Below, in pieces: positions 46,619-56,026 of a stretch of 64,000 bases of DNA; the first letter of the stretch is position 1, and each line of letters opens with the position of its first letter. The stretch lies in assembly GCA_044376115.1 (NCBI GenBank), contig JBILLK010000017.1, forward strand, positions 128,001 to 192,000, read 5' to 3'. Source of the DNA: Polyangiaceae bacterium (lineage in GTDB: Bacteria > Myxococcota_A > Polyangia > Polyangiales > Polyangiaceae). The position numbers and the translations under genes were made by a program. A model generated the notes under the pieces. It worked only from the letters and a program-made list of their open reading frames with translations, was not told the DNA's origin and ran no database searches.

Positions 46619-49033
46619 TCATTCAGCGCACGGAGGCGTCACCTGAGCGCTTTCATTATTGTCTTCTCGACACTCGTGAAAGGTGATGTTGGCCGGGTCG
46701 AGGAAGATCCTGGCGACGAAGGTGTCCCCGCTCGAGGCGAGCGCCGAATCCACCTCGATGGACAGCACTTGGGTCTGACCAGGGAACAGGGAACCCGAGG
46801 TAGCTCCCTGACCAACCAGGACATCACCAAGAACCTTGTAGACGCGAATGATTACGCCCGCGGGGAGCGAGGCGAGCCCTTGATTGCGCACGCTCACCTC
46901 TGCAGTGAGCGGAGTCTCGCACGGGATGGCGAGCGAGAGCACGGCGTCGGGAGCATTGAAGATGCCTTGGTCTTGGACATTCTGACGGAAGTTATTGAGC
47001 CAAGGCAGGGTCCAATTCGAGGTCTCCTGTTGTGGGATTGAGCCGTAAACATTGGGCGCTTCACAGGCGTTGTCGCGGTCATCACAGATGTTGCTTACGT
47101 GATAGCTGTGCTGATTCCACAAGGTGCGCGTCCCGACCCAGGAGTTCGCAGTGTCGCCAAAGACCGAAAGCCCACGGTAAGACTGCGCAGCGGTGGGGCT
47201 CGGAGTCCACGCGACGCCGTTGACCACGGTTGGCATACCGGCGGCGTCCTTGCACCCCCAACCTGCCGCGCTCGGATCGGCGCCGTTGGAGACCATCACC
47301 AACTCGGAATGACCGTTACCATCGACATCCGCAACGAGAGACGCCTCGGTCGCGGTGAAGGAGGTGGTTGATGTAGCAAAGCGCACAGCCCCCGTCTGCC
47401 CGTCGAAGACCCAAAGGAAGCACTCGTCTGCGTAGATGACCTCTGCGCGCCCGTCCCCTTCGAAGTCGAACACGCTCGAGCCGGTGACCGACGAAGAAAG
47501 GTCGTGATTGGGGGTTTGCCACAACACACTGAGGCCCGCTTGCAGGTCCACCTCGACGACCGAGTAGAAGGTTGCTTTGGCCACTCCGATCTCGGGCATA
47601 CCGTCCCCGTCGAAGTCGGCGACGGTGGGCGGGCCACCGCTCCCCGTACCTGGTAGTGCCAACGGCCCCACCAAGGTTGCGCCGGTGGCAGCGTTCAAGA
47701 TCCAAAGGGACCCTCCAGCCACGTGCACCACCTCCGGGACGCCGTCGGCATTGAAGTCTCCGATACCCGGGTAGCCTTCCGCTAGGTCGGTGCGGTTCCA
47801 GAGCGTCGTGCCGTCGGCGCGATAGGCCGACTTACCGGCCAGGAGCTCGAGCTGGCCGTCCGGGGCGCCGTCGAGGTCTACGAACGTCGAGAGCGCATCG
47901 AACTGACGACCGCCGATGCCGTTCGCCCCCGTCCAAGCCAGCGTTATCGCATTGTCGGTAGTACGAAAAACCGTGGCGCCGTAAGCGATCTCCGGGAAAC
48001 CGTCCCCGTCCATGTCGGCGACCGCGAGGCCTCCGCCCCAACCGAAGGTACCGTGGGATACCTGTGTAAGCGGGAGGTTGCTCGTACGCTTGACGACCCC
48101 TTGATCGTCGAGCAGTACGATGTAACCCTCGCCGGTCACCGCCACGATATCCATGCGACCGTCGGCGTCGATGTCTCCGAGAGCCGTGCTTACGCCGGAG
48201 AAGCCAATCGACGTCTCTGACGGTTTTTCGACAGACCAAAGTTCAGCGCCAGTGCGACCGTTGAGCAGCCTCAGCACTCCGCTCTTGCACGCTGAGACGG
48301 CGCCATTGGTACACTGACAACACGTGCCAAGACCGGTATTCGCCTCGATAGCGCGCCCCGAGACAAATAGGATATTCGGCGGGTCCAACACATCAACGGC
48401 ACCGTCACAATTGGCGTCATACAGGCGACCGACGGTGGGGGTGGACCAAACGTCGAGATGCTCTGGAGCCACGAGCGATGAGCCCCATTGATATTTAAGC
48501 TCCGCACTCAGCTGGCCAACGGGTGGAAAGTACTCGCACGCCGGCAGGCATCCTTCTGGTTGCCCGTTCTCGTCGCAAGCCGCCGGCGCCTCGAGGCATT
48601 TTCCTGCAACTGGCAGCGGTTCACTGCAGCCACCGCCAGCGCCCCCTTGACCGCCCGAATTCTCCCCCAACGCTGTCTCACAGTATTCTCCGGGCTGGCA
48701 GTCTGCAGCCGTGGTGCAGTCATCGCCCGGCGCCACACACTTCTCGAAGAGGCACACCTGCGCGGCATCACAACAGACGTTGCCGCAAGCCTGAGCTTGG
48801 GTTGGGCAACACACACCGTCGAGGCACACGCCTCCGTCACAATCGCCTGAATCGATGCAGCCGGTAAAGCCGCCGGCGCTGCCACCTTGGCCACCGGACG
48901 CTCCTTGACCGCCCAGACCGCCACTCCCCCCACCGGCCTGCCCCGCTCCCGCACCGCCACTGCCAGTCTCCCCGCTACAGGCGATAAGAATTGCGGCCAA
49001 CGAAGTAGCGAACGCACCGAACTGTAATCGCAT
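46619..49033 (-). CDS. FG-GAP/VCBS-repeat lipoprotein with Cys-rich region and C-terminal Ig-like (CARDB) domain
   Basis: Lipobox LIAC, Gly-rich linker, repeated DxDGDGxxEI, ECREDNN. Confidence 0.85.
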   Translation of the reverse strand: MRLQFGAFATSLAAILIACSGETGSGGAGAGQAGGGSGGLGGQGASGGQGGSAGGFTGCIDSGDCDGGVCLDGVCCPTQAQACGNVCCDAAQVCLFEKCVAPGDDCTTAADCQPGEYCETALGENSGGQGGAGGGCSEPLPVAGKCLEAPAACDENGQPEGCLPACEYFPPVGQLSAELKYQWGSSLVAPEHLDVWSTPTVGRLYDANCDGAVDVLDPPNILFVSGRAIEANTGLGTCCQCTNGAVSACKSGVLRLLNGRTGAELWSVEKPSETSIGFSGVSTALGDIDADGRMDIVAVTGEGYIVLLDDQGVVKRTSNLPLTQVSHGTFGWGGGLAVADMDGDGFPEIAYGATVFRTTDNAITLAWTGANGIGGRQFDALSTFVDLDGAPDGQLELLAGKSAYRADGTTLWNRTDLAEGYPGIGDFNADGVPEVVHVAGGSLWILNAATGATLVGPLALPGTGSGGPPTVADFDGDGMPEIGVAKATFYSVVEVDLQAGLSVLWQTPNHDLSSSVTGSSVFDFEGDGRAEVIYADECFLWVFDGQTGAVRFATSTTSFTATEASLVADVDGNGHSELVMVSNGADPSAAGWGCKDAAGMPTVVNGVAWTPSPTAAQSYRGLSVFGDTANSWVGTRTLWNQHSYHVSNICDDRDNACEAPNVYGSIPQQETSNWTLPWLNNFRQNVQDQGIFNAPDAVLSLAIPCETPLTAEVSVRNQGLASLPAGVIIRVYKVLGDVLVGQGATSGSLFPGQTQVLSIEVDSALASSGDTFVARIFLDPANITFHECREDNNESAQVTPPCAE

Positions 49034-49072
49034 AAACGCAGGTTAGGCGCTTCCGACCAATTGCCCTAGCGT

Positions 49073-49954
49073 TTACTCGTTTGTGGTTTGGGACATGTGG
49101 AACTGCGTTAGGCCCTGCGCCACCGCAAGTGCGAAGGCGTGACGCACGTCGACGTCCTCCCAGCGTCTCGCCTCGCGCGGGTCGAGGGCGTTGTGCGTTT
49201 CGATGATGATCGACGGGATGGTTGGTTTACGTAAGACAAACACGCGCTTCTTGGCCTCATGTCGGTCTACGAACAGGCCTGCCGCGGCAGCATCTGCGGC
49301 ATAAAGGTTCAGGTACTCTTCGCCGCCATATGGGCTGAAGTTGGCGGCGAGTAGCCCCTTGGCCAGCGCGCTACCGAGCGAGCGTCGCGCCGTGACCAAT
49401 TGCGGCTCAGCCTCATCGCTAAATAGCACACTAAAACCAGGCGCCTCCTCACTCCACTTGCAGTCCTCAGCTCCGTTCGGCCGCCACAGCTTCGCCTGAC
49501 CCCGAATGTCTGAGTGCAAGCTGATGAACGCGTCAGCGTGCAGCCGCTCGGCCATGGCGACTCGCTCGGCGTAGCTAACGAGCTCACTGCCGTGACGACT
49601 TAGCACGACGTCATATCCTTCGAGTGCTTCGAGTGCCGCTTCGAGATCGTAGGCGAGCGCGAGCGTGAAGTCCTGCTCTGCGATGCAGTAGCAGGAGGTG
49701 TTGCCGGGGTTGTCTTTGGCGCCGTGACCAGGATCGATAACGACCAACAGACGCCTGCTGGGCAGCTCAGGTGGAAGCTCTTGCGGCTGCAAAAAGGCTG
49801 GCTCGCCCTGCGCCTGGAGATCCGGCGGCTGCGCGCTCGCCAAGCTGGCGGAGCGGTGCGGCGTTGCTTCCGGCTTGCTTGCGCACTGCGCCGTGGCCAT
49901 GAGCCCCAACGCAAGAAGCCGCGCAACTGCACGGACAAATCGTCGGTTGGGTAC
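49073..49954 (-). CDS. N-acetylmuramoyl-L-alanine amidase (Amidase_3)
   Basis: VIDPGHG, EQD, FISLHSD, VLR..PSIIIET; start uncertain. Confidence 0.85.
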   Translation of the reverse strand, partial: VPNRRFVRAVARLLALGLMATAQCASKPEATPHRSASLASAQPPDLQAQGEPAFLQPQELPPELPSRRLLVVIDPGHGAKDNPGNTSCYCIAEQDFTLALAYDLEAALEALEGYDVVLSRHGSELVSYAERVAMAERLHADAFISLHSDIRGQAKLWRPNGAEDCKWSEEAPGFSVLFSDEAEPQLVTARRSLGSALAKGLLAANFSPYGGEEYLNLYAADAAAAGLFVDRHEAKKRVFVLRKPTIPSIIIETHNALDPREARRWEDVDVRHAFALAVAQGLTQFHMSQTTNE

Positions 49955-50069
49955 CGCGGCACAGTTCAACGTCGCGAGGGTAGCGCTAGCAGCGAACGAA
50001 GTTGACTTATCGGGCATATGAGCTCCGAGGGCTCAACCACCAAAGCGAGCGTTCAGTGATACAAGACGG

Positions 50070-50475
50070 CATGGCACACTTCCCACGCATACCGTGCATC
50101 TTGCTGCTGGCCCTTGCGGCCTGCGGCACCATCCCGGAAGGAACCTTCAAAGCCGACCCGGAAGGGCGGCAGGTAGCCCGCCCAGCGGGCTCCGAGTCGG
50201 CTCCCGCCGACAGCGCCGTTTGCGACGGTGGCCCCGTCAAACCGCCCGCTGGAGCACAAACCGGGCGCTACAAGGTCCGCGGCTACACCGCAGACCGCTC
50301 GCAGTTGCGGTTCTTTCTCGAGCCGCGGTCTGGCGGCCAAGGCACCATCGAGGTCGAGGCGGAGAGCGAACTCATCGCCAACCTGCTGCTGCGCAATGAC
50401 GGCGCCCAAATCGAGGTTGGCTTGCGCGAGCGTGAGGGCTGCGTCGCCCAGGTGGTCTTCTTACGATCGCAGTGA
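50070..50475 (+). CDS. Hypothetical lipoprotein
   Basis: ATG at 50070, lipobox LAAC. Confidence 0.6.
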
Positions 50476-50480
50476 GCCGT

Positions 50481-51368
50481 TTACAGCACCATCGTGCGCC
50501 GGCCCTCGACGATCACCCGCCGCTCGACGTGGGCTCGCACCGCACGCGCCAGCACCACGCGCTCGACGTCACGGCCGACTCGCACCAGCTCCTCAGGGCC
50601 CATGCCGTGCGTTACGCGTGCAACGTCCTGCTCGATGATCGGCCCCTGATCGAGATCCTTGGTCGCGTAGTGGGCCGTGGCGCCAATCAGCTTTACGCCG
50701 CGAGCGTGCGCTTGGTGGTAGGGCTTCGCTCCCTGAAACGCCGGCAAAAAGCCGTGGTGAATGTTGATCACGCAGGGTGCCTGCTGCAGGAACTCATCGG
50801 TTAGCACTTGCATGTAGCGAGCGAGGATCACCAGATCAACGTGGTGACGCTTCAACTCAGCAAGGATCTGCTTCTCTTGAGCAGCCTTGGTTTCAGCGGT
50901 AACCGGTAGGGCGACGAAGGGGATTCGGAAGCTGTCCGCCACCGACTCGAGATGCGAGTGATTGGAGATGATGACCGGAATCTCGCACTGCAATTCGCCG
51001 CTGCGTTGGCGAAGAATCAAGTCGTAAAGGCAGGTTGGGTCTTTGGTTACCAACATGGCGACGCGTGGCAACACGTCCGCGTAGCCAACGCTCCAGGAGG
51101 CCGAGAGCGCTTCTCCCAGCGCATTGAAGGCCTTCTCGAGAGCCTTGCGATCAGCGGAGCCGCCGAGCTTCTCCGCCGCGCCGGGCTTTGCCAAGCCCGC
51201 AAGATCGACCACCAAGCGCATAAAAAAGCGTGGGGCTCCCTCTGCGTGTACGTCGGTATGGTTCGACGCGTCGAGGATGTTGAGCCCAAGCTCATAGAAG
51301 AAACCCGAAAGTCGAGCAACGAGGCCGGGTTGATCAGGCGCTGAAACGAGATAGGTGGCGGAACTCAC
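50481..51368 (-). CDS. purU: Formyltetrahydrofolate deformylase
   Basis: ACT domain PDQPGLVA, ISNH, LARYMQVL, INIHHGFLP, GVKLIGATAHY, GPIIEQDV; GTG start at 51368. Confidence 0.93.
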   Translation of the reverse strand: MSSATYLVSAPDQPGLVARLSGFFYELGLNILDASNHTDVHAEGAPRFFMRLVVDLAGLAKPGAAEKLGGSADRKALEKAFNALGEALSASWSVGYADVLPRVAMLVTKDPTCLYDLILRQRSGELQCEIPVIISNHSHLESVADSFRIPFVALPVTAETKAAQEKQILAELKRHHVDLVILARYMQVLTDEFLQQAPCVINIHHGFLPAFQGAKPYHQAHARGVKLIGATAHYATKDLDQGPIIEQDVARVTHGMGPEELVRVGRDVERVVLARAVRAHVERRVIVEGRRTMVL

Positions 51369-51525
51369 CGCCGCCTCGTCATCCAGCTCGCACAGCGCCG
51401 CAAGTTTTTGCCAAGCCGCGCGAGAATCTTGCGCAAAGTGCAGGGATTGCGTCCCGTCTGCTCGTCCCGAGTCGCAATCCGCGCAGTTGTCGCGGATGAC
51501 ACGCGGATCGGCTCGAGCGGCCGGG

Positions 51526-51542
51526 CCGGCGCGTTCCTTGCT
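51526..51542 (+). promoter_or_regulatory. Putative sigma54 -24/-12 promoter
   Basis: CCGGCGCGTTCCTTGCT: GG-N10-GC spacing, followed by AGGAGG RBS. Confidence 0.5.
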
Positions 51543-51579
51543 GTTCGCGGCGCAGGAGGCTTCGTTGATCAAACTTGCG

Positions 51580-52035
51580 ATGTCGCGCGAACTTCGCGTT
51601 CGCGATGTGATGAGTCCGGACGTATTGGCCATTCCTTTCAGCAGCACCCTCGCGGAGGCTGCGACGCTGCTATTCGAGCGCGGGGTAAGTGGAGCCCCGG
51701 TTTTAGGCTCTAACGGTCGCATCCTCGGGGTCGTCTCGCATACCGATCTCGTCAATCCTAGGCACCACGCGGCAGTGCTCGATCGCGCTAGTGCGGATAA
51801 CCTCGCCGTCGCCGAGGCGATGACCCGAGTGGTCTTCGCGGTTCAGCCCGATGACCCGCTGATCAGCGCTATTCGCCTAATGGTGGAGGAGAGGATCCAT
51901 CGCGTGCTCGTAACGGACGAGCACGGCAAGCTAGCTGGGATCGTGGTGCCGATGGACATCCTGCGCGAGCTCTCCCGGCGCAGCGCTGAACACGCCGAGA
52001 ACGTCGGGTTCAAATACGTCGACCTGCGTCAGTGA
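51580..52035 (+). CDS. CBS-pair domain protein
   Basis: VRDVMS..GVSGAPV..LGVVSHTDL / VAEAMT..IHRVLV..GIV..DIL; possible TTG start at 51565. Confidence 0.88.
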   Translation: MSRELRVRDVMSPDVLAIPFSSTLAEAATLLFERGVSGAPVLGSNGRILGVVSHTDLVNPRHHAAVLDRASADNLAVAEAMTRVVFAVQPDDPLISAIRLMVEERIHRVLVTDEHGKLAGIVVPMDILRELSRRSAEHAENVGFKYVDLRQ

Positions 52036-53120
52036 GCCGCTCCGCGCTGCGGCGGGCCAAAGACCTGGGCCGGATCGACGCCCAGACGCTGCAGTGCCCA
52101 CGTTAGCGGCTCGCGATAGTTGGTCGTAACGCGCAGATCTCCGGGCCCCTCCAGCGCTGCTTCTGATAGGCCCGGCCATTGCCCGACGAAGGGAGCCCAG
52201 GGCAACTGCCCGCCGAAGAGCAGCATCGCGCTGGCACGACCGTGATCCGCACCGAGCGACACGTTCTCCTGAACACGACGACCAAACTCCGTCATCACCA
52301 AACAAGTGGTGTGATCCCATCCGTCCCCGAGCGCCTCTCGGAGGGCAGCCAAGCTTCGAGCGAGATCGCTAACTCGATCACAAACCAAACCGGCTTGAGC
52401 GAAGTGTGTATCCCAGCCATCCTGGTCGATCGTCACGGCAGTGAGCCCCAACTCCTCACGGTGATTGAGCAACTGGGCCGCAGTCGCCAAGCCCTTCCCT
52501 AGCGCCGTATCGGGAAAACTCCCAGCGGGCTGCGGTGCGCCCGCTAGCCGGCGCAGCGACTTGAGCGCACTCACCGAGCTCGTGGCCCCCTGGCGAAGCT
52601 CTCGCTCATCGCTCGAGTCATCGAGCTGCGCATAGAGCGATAAGATTCCATCGAGCTGGTCGTCGTCGGGAGTGCCACTCACCAGCTCGGAGATATCGCT
52701 GACTGCCGTCGCGGCAAAGCCCCGGAGAGCCTCAGGGACAGCGTGCCCGATAGCGATGGCGGCGAGCGAGCTCGGCACAGCGTTGACCCGCGCCCGCAGC
52801 GCTCGCGCGAGCCAGCCATCACTTTGCCCTGATAGCTCCATGAGATCCTGCGCCTCAAAGTGCGAACGCGTCTGGTCTTCCGACCCTGCCGCTAGCACCA
52901 CCGACATACTGCGGTCCTCGAACCAACCGGCCAGCGGGGCAAAGTCGCCATGCAACCCAAACGCATGGCCTACGTCGAGCGCACGCCGCTCCCGCTCAGA
53001 CGCGCCGACCCTCAAGGCGAGGGAGGGCCGCATTCGGTAGTAGTCATCGTCGAAGAGCGGCGGCACCAGCGACAAACCGTCAGCTCCGCCCCGCAAGTAT
53101 ATCACCACGATACTATGCAT
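52029..53120 (-). CDS. DUF1501 family protein
   Basis: LRGGADGL, RSHFEAQD, GWDTH, TEFGRR, DHG. Confidence 0.88.
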   Translation of the reverse strand: MHSIVVIYLRGGADGLSLVPPLFDDDYYRMRPSLALRVGASERERRALDVGHAFGLHGDFAPLAGWFEDRSMSVVLAAGSEDQTRSHFEAQDLMELSGQSDGWLARALRARVNAVPSSLAAIAIGHAVPEALRGFAATAVSDISELVSGTPDDDQLDGILSLYAQLDDSSDERELRQGATSSVSALKSLRRLAGAPQPAGSFPDTALGKGLATAAQLLNHREELGLTAVTIDQDGWDTHFAQAGLVCDRVSDLARSLAALREALGDGWDHTTCLVMTEFGRRVQENVSLGADHGRASAMLLFGGQLPWAPFVGQWPGLSEAALEGPGDLRVTTNYREPLTWALQRLGVDPAQVFGPPQRGAAH

Positions 53121-53121
53121 A

Positions 53122-54573
53122 TTAGTACCTCTGAAAGGCCGGGCTCGAGAGAGCCATAGCCACGATTGATGGAGCTGAGGCTGGCCTGAGCAAGGTCTCT
53201 TCCTCTAGCTTGGAGGGTGACCGCCCAAACAAGTGCGCGAGTACGCTCGTCGCCCCGGCCGCGGCACAGCCGGAAGACAATGCTTCGAGATCAGGCTCCA
53301 CAGCCTCGAGGCTGCCTTCGGCGAGCGCCCGGCCGAATTGGAAGCGTGGCAGCAGCGAGGGTAGATAAGCGAGCCCGCTCTGCGGGTAACCGTCGGGTGT
53401 TGGCCAACCAAAGGGTTTATGCCCCATACGTTCGAGATAGTGGCTAACGCTGCCATCGGCCAACGCAGTAACCCCGAGGGCGCGCAAGGCAGAGACCACG
53501 AAACGAAACGGCCGCTTCACTTTCTTGCCCGCGTAGAGCGGAAATCCTTCGTCGAGCAGCAGGCGCTGCGTGACGGCTCGCAGGTCTCCTTCGGTTGCAA
53601 GGTAGGTATTGGCGGCGCCTTCAATCAGCTCGCGAGACGGGTCGTCGCAGATAAAGGTCTTCGCCAATCTCCGCGCGACGTTCCGCGCCGTACTTGGATG
53701 ATTGACCAACAAATCAAGCAGACGGTCGAGATCGAGCCGGCCGCCGCCGGCAGGCAAGGTGTGCCCCAAGATGCGCTTTTCCCCATCGTCATGGCGCGCG
53801 GCCACGAACTCGACGACGCCGGGGTTCCACGCGCTGCCCACGACGTAGCCAGTCAAACAGCGCGCTACCTCCTTTACGTCCTGCTGCGTATAGCCGCCGT
53901 CCACACCAAGGGTATGAAGCTCCAAAAGCTCGCGCGCGTGGTTCTCATTAGGAACTGCGCCGTGCTCGGCCGAGTTCTGCGCCCCATCCAGATAAACGAG
54001 CATCGCGGGAGACAAGACTGAGGCGGCGAGTAAATCGCGGAACGGCCCAAGCACGTGCTTTCGAACAACGTCGCGACGGTCGGCTGGCAACAGATGACGA
54101 CAATCTCCCTTGGCCACCGCCACATGAAAGTGGTCGGAGAAGGCCTCGACCAATACCTCGTGAAGCTGCCGCTCGGACAGAAGCGCAGACGTGACTGCGT
54201 GGTGAATCAGCTGACGCTCGATCTGCTCAGGCGGAAGCTCGTACAGCGTTGCAGCATCCAAGTGCATGACGTCGATAGCCGATACCTTGAGCAGGCTGGG
54301 CAAGCCTTCATCGAGCTTCGGGTCGAGCTGCTGCTCAAGGAAGGCCTCGCGACCGATGCGACGCACCCGGTCGAGGTCCCCCGGTCGCGGACCGAAGGTC
54401 ACCCGCGAAAGGAAGTGAAAGTCGGGGTCAATCAGGGCGGAGTCGGCGACGGAGAATTGCTCGGGGATGCTGCTTGCGCGCAACGCCTGACGCAGCGCCG
54501 AGATGGTCTCGCAACCCGTCGTTAGCAGCGCACCGCCGAGCGCCCCCAGCGCAAGGAAATCCCTGCGTTTCAC
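53122..54573 (-). CDS. DUF1800 family protein with Tat (lipo)signal
   Basis: KRRDFL, TTGC; HFLSRVTFG, PAMLVYLD, NENHARELLELHTLG, YTQQDV. Confidence 0.88.
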   Translation of the reverse strand: MKRRDFLALGALGGALLTTGCETISALRQALRASSIPEQFSVADSALIDPDFHFLSRVTFGPRPGDLDRVRRIGREAFLEQQLDPKLDEGLPSLLKVSAIDVMHLDAATLYELPPEQIERQLIHHAVTSALLSERQLHEVLVEAFSDHFHVAVAKGDCRHLLPADRRDVVRKHVLGPFRDLLAASVLSPAMLVYLDGAQNSAEHGAVPNENHARELLELHTLGVDGGYTQQDVKEVARCLTGYVVGSAWNPGVVEFVAARHDDGEKRILGHTLPAGGGRLDLDRLLDLLVNHPSTARNVARRLAKTFICDDPSRELIEGAANTYLATEGDLRAVTQRLLLDEGFPLYAGKKVKRPFRFVVSALRALGVTALADGSVSHYLERMGHKPFGWPTPDGYPQSGLAYLPSLLPRFQFGRALAEGSLEAVEPDLEALSSGCAAAGATSVLAHLFGRSPSKLEEETLLRPASAPSIVAMALSSPAFQRY

Positions 54574-55124
54574 CCGAGCTCCCAGCGATTGGTCGGGCTA
54601 AGCGTGGGGGCCGCGCGACGAGACGCTAATGCGGATAGAGCGCTGGCTCCGAGCCCACCCAAAACAGCTAGCGGCAAGACGATGAACCAGCCCAAGAACG
54701 GCAATAGGGAGGATAGGAGGATAGCCAACGCCCCGCGGCCCAGACTCTCGGTTGCCGGGCGCGCTTGTTCGACGTCAAGGCCGAGCCCGACGCGCAGGCT
54801 GCTAACCGATAGTCCAAACGCGATGGCTGCCCCTGTGAGCGCTGCCCACAGGAACGCCATCCCCTGTGCGAACGGCCCCAGATTGCTCAAGACCGCTATC
54901 ACCAAGATCATCGAAAGCGCGATCGGCAACGCGATCAGCACGGAAGCGAAGGGGCGTTGTTCGAGCACCTCCGCCGCGACACGCACCCTCGAGCGGGCCA
55001 GGGCAAACACCAAATAGACAGCGCCCATCAGGCTCGCGAGGGACCCAAGCAGCAGAGCAACGAAAAAGAGCGTACTTCCGAAGTAAGGCATCTGCCCTCC
55101 TCTCGACTCTTCGTTCGAGGGCAC
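54570..55124 (-). CDS. Hypothetical polytopic membrane protein
   Basis: About five TM segments; LPFLGW..GLGA motif; GTGA overlap with DUF1800 start. Confidence 0.7.
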   Translation of the reverse strand: MPSNEESRGGQMPYFGSTLFFVALLLGSLASLMGAVYLVFALARSRVRVAAEVLEQRPFASVLIALPIALSMILVIAVLSNLGPFAQGMAFLWAALTGAAIAFGLSVSSLRVGLGLDVEQARPATESLGRGALAILLSSLLPFLGWFIVLPLAVLGGLGASALSALASRRAAPTLSPTNRWELG

Positions 55125-55156
55125 AGACTTATTTCAACGGCCTACGCTTTCCGTCT

Positions 55157-55921
55157 TCAGTAGCGCACACCGAAGCCACCGAAGACCCCCTGCTCGCCCC
55201 CTGGACTGCCCTCAAAAAAGAAATCGAGGGATTGCGGCAGCAGAAACACGGCACCCAGGCTGCCCTGGACGTGGAACTTGTCGGTTCCTACGATCGTCTC
55301 GTCGTTTTGCACCCACAACACCGGCCCACCGAAGACGCGCAGGGCGGCGTAAGGGCTAAACCAGCCCGCAAAGGTCTTGCCAACCGAGCCGCCAAATCGG
55401 AAGTCGATACCGTAGTAGTCCCCGCGTTCGCTGTTGCGCATGGTGCGAGTGCCCAACCCTCCGAGTGTGGTCGACAGCACGACGTAGGGAACGTCCGCCG
55501 TTTCATTCAGCACACGCCAGGAAAGCCCAACCGACGTCAGCCAACCTGGGCCCATTGCGTAGGGCGTTCCCCCGGCGTCCAAACTCCCCGTGAGGAAGGC
55601 GCCGGCCGCGAGGGTGACGGTGAACTTCCCCGCATAGAAGTCGTTGGTCGCGACGACCGAGCCGTGTTCGAGCGTGGCCTCTGTCTCACCGTCGAAGAAC
55701 ACCAGGGTCGAGCGCGAATACCCGCCTGCCAAGGCCGTACGCCCACGCGAGGGGGAGGAGCTTTCACTCTTTTCCCCGTCCTCCGAACACGAAATGACTG
55801 CTCCCGTCGCACCGACAGGCGCTGAAACGCCTCACGCGTGAGCGACCTGCGGTCTCGCCCAGATTGCGCACGTGAGCGAAGCGAGAAGCGGAAGCCCGAA
55901 ACGGTTGGTTAGCGAGAGCAC
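55157..55921 (-). CDS. Candidate selenoprotein: exported beta-barrel-like protein with Sec (in-frame TGA at 55834-55832) at mature N-terminus
   Basis: MLSLTNRFGLPLLASLTCAIWARPQVAHA-TGA-GVSAPVGATGAVISCSED... continues in frame into the 55157-55732 ORF; SECIS-like hairpin follows; ends GFGVRY; alternative ATG at 55939. Confidence 0.72.
55800..55831 (-). promoter_or_regulatory. Putative bacterial SECIS element
   Basis: After UGA: GGCGUUUCAGCG-CCUGUC-GGUGC-GACGGG-AGC; stem +13..+29, GGU at +19..+21. Confidence 0.68.
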
Positions 55922-56026
55922 GCCGCGAGTATCGCCCATCAGCGCGGCGAGCAGGCAGCTTTAGTTGATCGGCAACAAGGTGTACGGGATAGGCATGCGA
56001 CGGCCAGCCATGCTACCAAACGTGGA

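Noticed and set aside
47290..48190. Recurring GTCG..GTC/CCGTC repeats
   Set aside because: Encode FG-GAP DxDGDG protein repeats; not a CRISPR or non-coding array.
51369..51755. N-terminal extension of the purU ORF
   Set aside because: Overlaps the divergent CBS gene and promoter; PurU ACT domain starts near 51368.
55157..55939. Pseudogene interpretation of the in-frame TGA
   Set aside because: Single stop, no other decay, located exactly at the signal cleavage site and followed by a correctly spaced SECIS-like hairpin; not fully excluded without homologues or reads.
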